Shown here: positions 58,647 to 64,000 of the stretch, in pieces
How the letters are laid out: every line of letters begins with the position of its first letter
Position numbering within the stretch: the first letter of the stretch is position 1
From: Meiothermus sp.
GTDB lineage: Bacteria > Deinococcota > Deinococci > Deinococcales > Thermaceae
Assembly: GCA_033762915.1 (NCBI GenBank)
Contig: JANRLD010000010.1
Span: forward strand, 1 to 64,000
Direction: 5' to 3'
DNA length: 64,000 nucleotides
The notes under the pieces: generated by a model
What the model saw: the letters and a program-made list of their open reading frames with translations, nothing else
What the model was told of the DNA's origin: nothing
Database searches by the model: none
Made by a program: the position numbers and the translations under genes

Positions 58647-58874
58647 CTGTTCTTCCTTGAAATCATTCTACATCGTGAGTAAGCCTCTTGTAACAATCCC
58701 AACCCACAGTTCTGGAGTGGTTCTTGACCGTGGCGGCCGTGGACTCGGGTTCGGTATGCACCGCGGCCACGCTGAAAACTGCCACAGCGGTGCTTGTGCC
58801 TGTTTGGCCGAACAACCGCAGGTCCGGGATCACGGGCGCAGCCGACGTGTGGGTGGACGGCAGTTTGTGCGTTT

Positions 58875-59015
58875 TGTCGCGCCCCCACCCTTACGCCTCA
58901 CGCAGTACTGCGCTAAAGCGGGCAGTGAAGCAGGCGCTAAAGCGGGCACTGAAGCGGGCGTGCTGTACCCCGAATGTCCGAGTCTGCGCGTGCGGGTATG
59001 GGTTCGAACCGCTGT
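58875..59015 (+). repeat. Two-hairpin element, subfamily B, with 4 x 12-bp internal expansion
   Basis: CCCTTACGCCTCAC..GCTAAAGCGGGC as at 14336; 12-mers at 58912-58959; TACCCCG..TGCGGGTA; end GAACCGCTGT. Confidence 0.72.
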
Positions 59016-60085
59016 CAGGTACTGTCCGCAACGCCCGCGCCCTTGAAGGTGGCCATGCCCGCCATCACCTCAGCAGCGGCCCGCAGCACCGGCAGCGCCA
59101 GCACCGCCCCGGTGCCCTCGCCCAGCCGCAGGTCCAGCTCGAGCACCGGCCTCAGCTCCAGCGCTTCGAGTTGCCGAGCGTGCCCCGGCTCCACGGAGCG
59201 GTGCCCCGCGAACAGGTAGCCGCGCACCTCGGGGTGGATGCGGCAGGCCAGCAGCGCCCCCGCCGTCACCGGGAAGCCGTCCGTCACGACCGGAAGCCCG
59301 GCCTCGGCCCCCGCCAGGAAGACGCCCGCGATTGCCCCGATCTCGAGCCCGCCCAACTCGGCCAAGTAGGTGAGCGGGGCCGGGCTCGCGTGCCGCCCGG
59401 CCTCGAAGCGGCTGAGGGCGGTGCGAACGACCTCGAGCTTTTTTACATACCGCGCCCCGTCCACACCCGTCCCGCGGCCAGTCACGGCCTCCGGCGGCAG
59501 CCCCAGCAGCGCCGCCGTGAGGGCGGCCGCGGCGGTCGTGTTGCCGATGCCCATGTCGCCTGCCGCCAGGACGGTCGCGCCCCCCCGGATGGCCTCCCTG
59601 GCGGCCTCCAGACCGGCCCGGACGGCCAGCTCGGCCTCGGCCAGGGTCATGGCCGGCTCTATGGCGATGTTGCCCGTCCCACGGCGCACCTTGCGGCTGT
59701 GTAGGGGCAACAGGCCGGCCGCCCCTGCGGGGTCGGCGTCCTCACCGCCACTCACGCCTACGTCCACCACAACAACCTCCGCACCGGAAGCCCTGGCGAT
59801 CTGGTTGATCGCAGCTCCGCCGGCCCGGAAGTTCAGCACCATTTGCGCGGTCACCTCGCTCGGGTAGGCCGACACGCCCTCGAGGGTCACGCCGTGGTCG
59901 GCGGCGCACACCACCACCGCGCCCTTGCCCAACCTGGGGCGCAAGGTCTGCTGGATGGCCGCCAGCCGGCAGCCCAGCGCCTCGAGAAACCCCAGCGCCC
60001 CCGGCGGCTTGGTGAGGGTGTTGTGGTACTCGAGGGCTTCGGAGAGCCATTCTTGGGATACGGGTCTGATCTGCAGGGGGGTCAT
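59015..60085 (-). CDS. cobT: Nicotinate-nucleotide-dimethylbenzimidazole phosphoribosyltransferase
   Basis: LTKPPGALG, ADHG, VSAYP, GDMGIGNTT, GGLE, DGF, LRLGEGTGA. Confidence 0.96.
   Translation of the reverse strand: MTPLQIRPVSQEWLSEALEYHNTLTKPPGALGFLEALGCRLAAIQQTLRPRLGKGAVVVCAADHGVTLEGVSAYPSEVTAQMVLNFRAGGAAINQIARASGAEVVVVDVGVSGGEDADPAGAAGLLPLHSRKVRRGTGNIAIEPAMTLAEAELAVRAGLEAAREAIRGGATVLAAGDMGIGNTTAAAALTAALLGLPPEAVTGRGTGVDGARYVKKLEVVRTALSRFEAGRHASPAPLTYLAELGGLEIGAIAGVFLAGAEAGLPVVTDGFPVTAGALLACRIHPEVRGYLFAGHRSVEPGHARQLEALELRPVLELDLRLGEGTGAVLALPVLRAAAEVMAGMATFKGAGVADST
59701..59728 (+). repeat. Degenerate GTAG-type REP inside cobT
   Basis: GTAGGGGC-aacaggccggcc-GCCCCTGC. Confidence 0.55.
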
Positions 60086-60357
60086 AAGACAAGAGGGAGG
60101 CAAGAAGGTTCAGCGGCAAGCTAAGCGGAGCAAGAAACCCAAGCCACCTTGCGCCTAAGCGGATTTTGTTCCATGCGCCGCGAAAACCTTGGGGCTGAAA
60201 TCCGTTCCCCACCGTGTTTTCGGGGTGCGGTGTCCGGGCAGGAGATCCCCCCTCGCAAAAGGCGCTCCCGAGAATCGACGGTTTAGGTGAGGGGGTTGGG
60301 GTTGAAGGAGAGGACTATCGAAGCCTCGCTTAAGGCCCCTGCTCATCGCCCACACCT

Positions 60358-60873
60358 CTACGGCGACTTGATCTTCACCGGAATCCCCGAGACCAGCAGG
60401 TACACCACGTCGGCCTCCTCGGCCAGGCGGCGGTTGGCGGCCCCCAGCAGGTCGCGGTACGCTCTCGCCAGGGCGTTGTCGGGAACGATGCCCATGCCCA
60501 CCTCGTTGGTGACCACCAGCAGAACCTTCTGGGTCTCGGCGCGGATGGCCAGGAGGTTCTCGAGCTCGGGCAGCACCTCGCGCCCGGCGTGCATAAGATT
60601 AGAGACCCACAGGGTCAAGCAGTCCAGCAGCACCACGCCGCCTTGGGCCAGCGAGAGGGCGTAGGGGACTTCCAGTGGCTCCTCGAGGGTCTCCCAAACG
60701 GCGGGCCGGTCGCCCTGGTGCCGCTCGATGCGCTGACTCATCTCCTCGTCCAGGGCTTGCGCGGTGGCGATGAAGCTCACCTTGCCGTCTCCCAGCGCGT
60801 GCGCCCACTCCTGGGCGAAGGCGCTCTTGCCCGCCCTCGCGCCGCCGGTGATGAGGATCAGTTTGGCTTCCAT
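60358..60873 (-). CDS. cobU: Adenosylcobinamide kinase/phosphate guanylyltransferase
   Basis: TGGARAGKS, IATA, RIERHQ, LDCLTLWVSN, TNEVGMGIVP. Confidence 0.95.
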   Translation of the reverse strand: MEAKLILITGGARAGKSAFAQEWAHALGDGKVSFIATAQALDEEMSQRIERHQGDRPAVWETLEEPLEVPYALSLAQGGVVLLDCLTLWVSNLMHAGREVLPELENLLAIRAETQKVLLVVTNEVGMGIVPDNALARAYRDLLGAANRRLAEEADVVYLLVSGIPVKIKSP

Positions 60874-60960
60874 ATCCAAAGACGAAAGGCGAGAACGCAG
60901 GGAGGGAAGGAGGCCCATTGTGCGTGGTTTCCCCTTTCCCCGCTCCCCTCTCCCCGCACT

Positions 60961-61509
60961 TTAACCATGCGCCAACTCCTCCTCCAGGTTCCGCATAAAC
61001 AGCAGCCTCCGCTCGGTCCAGTTGACCCCGATCACCGCGCAGTTGTGGATGCGCCCGTCGTTGCCGGTGGCGCGGACGACGGCGCGGATGGCCCCGCCGT
61101 GGCTGAAGCAGAGGTGACGGCCCGCCGGGAGGCCGGAGAGGAAGGCCTCCAGGCGCTCCCAGATCTGCGCGGCGGTTTCGCCGCCCGGGGCGGCGAAGGC
61201 GTCGAAGTCGAGCAGGGCGTTGCGGATGTCCTCGCGCTCTTGCCAGCTCTGGCCCTCCCAGTCGCCGAAGTTGGCCTCCCGCAGCGCGGAAGTGAGCCGC
61301 GGCTCGCCGTAGGCCAGGCGGGCGGTCTGGGCAGCGCGGCTGAGGTCGGAGGCGTGCACGCTGTCGAACGCATGGCGGAGCAGCCAGGGGCGCAGCTCTA
61401 GTGCCTGGGCCTCGCCCGCTGCGTTCAGGGGAACGTCCGTCCAGCCCTGCATCCGGCCCAGGGCATTCCAGGCGGTCTCGCCGTGGCGCACCAGCCAGAC
61501 CTCAGTCAC
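60961..61509 (-). CDS. cobC: Histidine phosphatase, probable alpha-ribazole phosphatase (CobC-like)
   Basis: VRHGET, SDLSRA, FGDWEG, SHGG; cob operon context. Confidence 0.8.
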   Translation of the reverse strand: MTEVWLVRHGETAWNALGRMQGWTDVPLNAAGEAQALELRPWLLRHAFDSVHASDLSRAAQTARLAYGEPRLTSALREANFGDWEGQSWQEREDIRNALLDFDAFAAPGGETAAQIWERLEAFLSGLPAGRHLCFSHGGAIRAVVRATGNDGRIHNCAVIGVNWTERRLLFMRNLEEELAHG

Positions 61510-62356
61510 GCTGCCCCCCAAGGCCCAGCACCACGAACGGCTGTCCGTCAACGGTCTTCACGTCCACCATTTCACCATAAACCCGCGCCAGCAATTCCCG
61601 TTTCAACACCTGTCCGGGTTGGCCCTGGGCCACAATCCGACCCCCGTGCATGAACGCCACCGCGTCGGCCCTCAGGGCCAGGTTGGGGTCGTGCAACACC
61701 GTTAGCACCCCGATGCCCTGAGAGCGCAGCCCTGCCAGCAGGCAGACGAACTCGGCCTGGTGGTGCAAATCCAGGTGGTTGGTGGGCTCGTCGAGGAGCA
61801 GGAACTGCGGCTGACCGGCCAGCGCTCGAGCCAGCATGACCCGCTGCCGCTCCCCGCCGGAGAGCGTGGGTAGCAGGCGGTGGCGGAATTCGGTGACCTG
61901 GGTCTGCTCCATTGCCCACTCGACGGCCTCGAGGTCGCCGCGCCCCGCCCGCCCCAGCAGGCCCAGGTGCGGGGTGCGCCCCAGCGTCACCACTTCCTCC
62001 ACGCTCAGGTCTTCGGGGTAGCCGCCGTTCTGCGGCAGGAAGGCGATGCGTTGCCCACGTTGCCATGAGGAAACACCCGGATGTGAACTCTGGCGCAGTT
62101 TGACACCATTGGGACGATGAAGCCACTTATCGCCAAGAGTCACGACTCCATCGTTACAGACCAGTAAGCCCGCCATAAGCCGTAGGAGTGTGGACTTCCC
62201 TGAACCATTTGGCCCCAGCAAGGCTAACCATTCCCCTGATTTAAGAGCCAAGCTAATGTTCTCAAGAATCATCTTCTTGCCATAAGAAAAAGACACACCC
62301 TCTGCGGATAGCTGATGGCTGACGGCGGACGGCTTAGAAGTTTCAACCCCCAACAT
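61502..62356 (-). CDS. ABC transporter ATPase, BtuD/FecE type
   Basis: GPNGSGKST, LSGGERQR, LLDEPTNHLD, LHD. Confidence 0.93.
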   Translation of the reverse strand: MLGVETSKPSAVSHQLSAEGVSFSYGKKMILENISLALKSGEWLALLGPNGSGKSTLLRLMAGLLVCNDGVVTLGDKWLHRPNGVKLRQSSHPGVSSWQRGQRIAFLPQNGGYPEDLSVEEVVTLGRTPHLGLLGRAGRGDLEAVEWAMEQTQVTEFRHRLLPTLSGGERQRVMLARALAGQPQFLLLDEPTNHLDLHHQAEFVCLLAGLRSQGIGVLTVLHDPNLALRADAVAFMHGGRIVAQGQPGQVLKRELLARVYGEMVDVKTVDGQPFVVLGLGGQRD

Positions 62357-63413
62357 TGCGCTTCCTCCACAACAGATACAAGAAAAACGGCCCGCCCAAC
62401 AACGTGGTCACAATCCCAATCGGTAGCTCCGAGGGGGCGATGACCACTCGAGCGGCCAAGTCGGCCAACACCAGCATCACCGCGCCGCCCAGCGCCGAGG
62501 CCGGCAGCAACCAGCGGTAGTCGCCGCCCAGGAGACGCCGCAGGATGTGCGGGGCCACCAGCCCCACGAAGCCGATGATGCCGGCCTGGGCCACCGCCGC
62601 CGCCGTGAGCAACGTGACCGCCCCGATGATCGCCAGCTTGAGGGCGTTGAGGGGCAGGCCCAGGCTGCGGGCGGTCTCCTCGCCCAAGCTGAGGGCGTTA
62701 AGGGTGCGGCCGAGCAGCAGCAGCACCGGCAGCGCCAGGGCCAGATAAACCGCCAGAGATAGCACGCCGCCCCAGCCCACAAAGGCCAGGTTGCCCAGCG
62801 TGAAGGCCAGCACCGCCCGAACCCGGTCGGCGCTCTGAAGCATCAGGTAGCTCGACAGGCTCACCAGTACCGAGCCCACCACCACGCCCGCCAGGATCAA
62901 GTCGCCGGTGCGGCTGGCCCCGCCGGAGAGGAGCAACACCAGCAGCACCGCCCCCACCGCCCCCGCGAAGCCCGCCAGGGTAGCCGAGGCGGGCAGGAAC
63001 TCGAAGACCGCATTCTGCGCGAAGGCCCCAGTCAACCCACCCGCCAGGCTCACGGCCAGCGTCACCCCCAAAGCCGCCCCCGAGGCCGCGCCCATTAGGT
63101 AGGGGTCGGCCAGCGGGTTGCGGAACAGCCCCTGGAAGGCCGCGCCAGAGATGCCAAGGGCCGCTCCCACCAGCATCGCCGCCAGCACCCGAGGCAGCCT
63201 CAGCTCGGTCACAATCGGGTTCTCTTGCAGCCCGAGGATGGAGCGAACGACCTCGAGCGCCCCCACCTGCACCGCCCCGTACCCCACCCCCAGGATTAGC
63301 CCCAGAAGCAGAAGCCCCAGCAAGAGCCCAAAGACCAGGACCCGCCTCGCAAGCAAACTTCCCCCGCTCCCTCTGCCAAGGGCGGCGACGGTCTGCGGAG
63401 TGGTTGTTCGCAT
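62343..63413 (-). CDS. FecCD/BtuC-family ABC permease (probable corrinoid uptake)
   Basis: LRLPR, FRNPLADP, LGEETARSLG, IGFVGLVAPH, GGPFF; start uncertain. Confidence 0.92.
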   Translation of the reverse strand: MRTTTPQTVAALGRGSGGSLLARRVLVFGLLLGLLLLGLILGVGYGAVQVGALEVVRSILGLQENPIVTELRLPRVLAAMLVGAALGISGAAFQGLFRNPLADPYLMGAASGAALGVTLAVSLAGGLTGAFAQNAVFEFLPASATLAGFAGAVGAVLLVLLLSGGASRTGDLILAGVVVGSVLVSLSSYLMLQSADRVRAVLAFTLGNLAFVGWGGVLSLAVYLALALPVLLLLGRTLNALSLGEETARSLGLPLNALKLAIIGAVTLLTAAAVAQAGIIGFVGLVAPHILRRLLGGDYRWLLPASALGGAVMLVLADLAARVVIAPSELPIGIVTTLLGGPFFLYLLWRKRNVGG

Positions 63414-63499
63414 TCTTTCCGCCCTGGGTGGGGCCAACCGCTAAGGGATTGGCCCCACAAAAACCCTTCTCTTGTTCGCCTTGCCGCGCCTTTGAGGTG

Positions 63500-64000
63500 C
63501 TACCTGAGATTGGGGTGGAAACACCCCACCAGCAGCCCCAACCCCTGTGCCACCCGGGGGCCGGGCCTCGAGAGCAAGTCGGCCTGCTCGCCCGCGAAGC
63601 TGCACACGCGGCGGTTCTGCACCGCCCGCACGCCCGCCCAGCCGGCCCGTTTGGCGAGGTCGGCGGCTCCGGGGTGGGTCAGGGCGATGACTGCGGGGTT
63701 CTTCTGCACCACCAGCTCAGGGCTGACCTGGGGAAAGTCGCCCAGCTCACGGGGGATGATGTTAACGCCCCGCGCCTTGGCGATCAGGGTTCCGATGAAG
63801 GAGTTCGGCCCGACCGAGTAGGGGGTGGGGTCTATTTCGTAGTAGACGGTGGGGCGCTCGGCGGCCTTGGCGGCCCGGGTCTCCACCGCGTAGATCTGGG
63901 CCTGAATCTGGGCCACCAGCCGCTCGGCCTGGGCCTCCACCCCCAGCAGGCGGCCCAGCAGGCGGGTGGAGCGGAAGATGTCGTCGTAGCTCTCGGTCCG
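63500..64000 (-). CDS. BtuF-like ABC substrate-binding protein, 3' part (starts beyond window)
   Basis: VYYEID, GPNSFIG, VSPE..NP, AVQNRRV, LSRPGPR; frame open to the window edge. Confidence 0.88.
   Translation of the reverse strand, partial: RTESYDDIFRSTRLLGRLLGVEAQAERLVAQIQAQIYAVETRAAKAAERPTVYYEIDPTPYSVGPNSFIGTLIAKARGVNIIPRELGDFPQVSPELVVQKNPAVIALTHPGAADLAKRAGWAGVRAVQNRRVCSFAGEQADLLSRPGPRVAQGLGLLVGCFHPNLR

Noticed and set aside
58680..58870. Possible cobalamin riboswitch in the structured spacer upstream of the Cys-rich gene
   Set aside because: Hairpins exist but no B12-box or GGGAA/GCCACTG core on the coding strand; a riboswitch would more likely precede the operon start outside the window.
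60090..60357. Possible regulatory RNA or ORF between cobU and cobT
   Set aside because: Only short imperfect inverted repeats (AGCGGATTTT/GAAATCCGTT) and a pyrimidine tract; nothing supportable.

Overview
High-GC (roughly 68-70% by eye) bacterial chromosome segment, most consistent with Meiothermus/Calidithermus-like Deinococcota (16S 3' end, unlinked 16S gene, many leaderless genes, strongly over-represented CTCGAG). In order: 3' end of a stand-alone 16S rRNA gene with its terminator; an RluA-like protein lacking the catalytic Asp; the purB-purC-purS-purQ-purL-purF operon behind a structured, terminator-containing leader; a small low-GC island with a decayed IS1-family element; a GntR-associated amino-acid-metabolism/transport operon ending in an ANT(6)-like gene; a DUF4331-TPR-HupE/UreJ cluster; an S8 lipoprotein protease; trmK, an MFS transporter, two M23 paralogues, nucleoside salvage genes, recF, aguA/aguB, an ArsR-NIPSNAP-ABM module, a divergent transcarbamylase, and a cobalamin uptake/salvage operon (btuFCD-like, cobC, cobU, cobT, cobS) running off the right edge. 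No CRISPR array, tRNA or prophage seen. The most unusual signals are small-scale: (i) a five-copy family of ~93-140 bp modular two-hairpin elements whose loops occur in both orientations, (ii) 27-bp hairpin units inserted in frame between CTCGAG sites in trmK, (iii) several palindromic repeats sitting in frame inside enzymes, and (iv) a candidate unclassified cis-regulatory RNA ahead of the purine operon. All calls are by-eye motif recognition; no searches were run, and start codons are best estimates.
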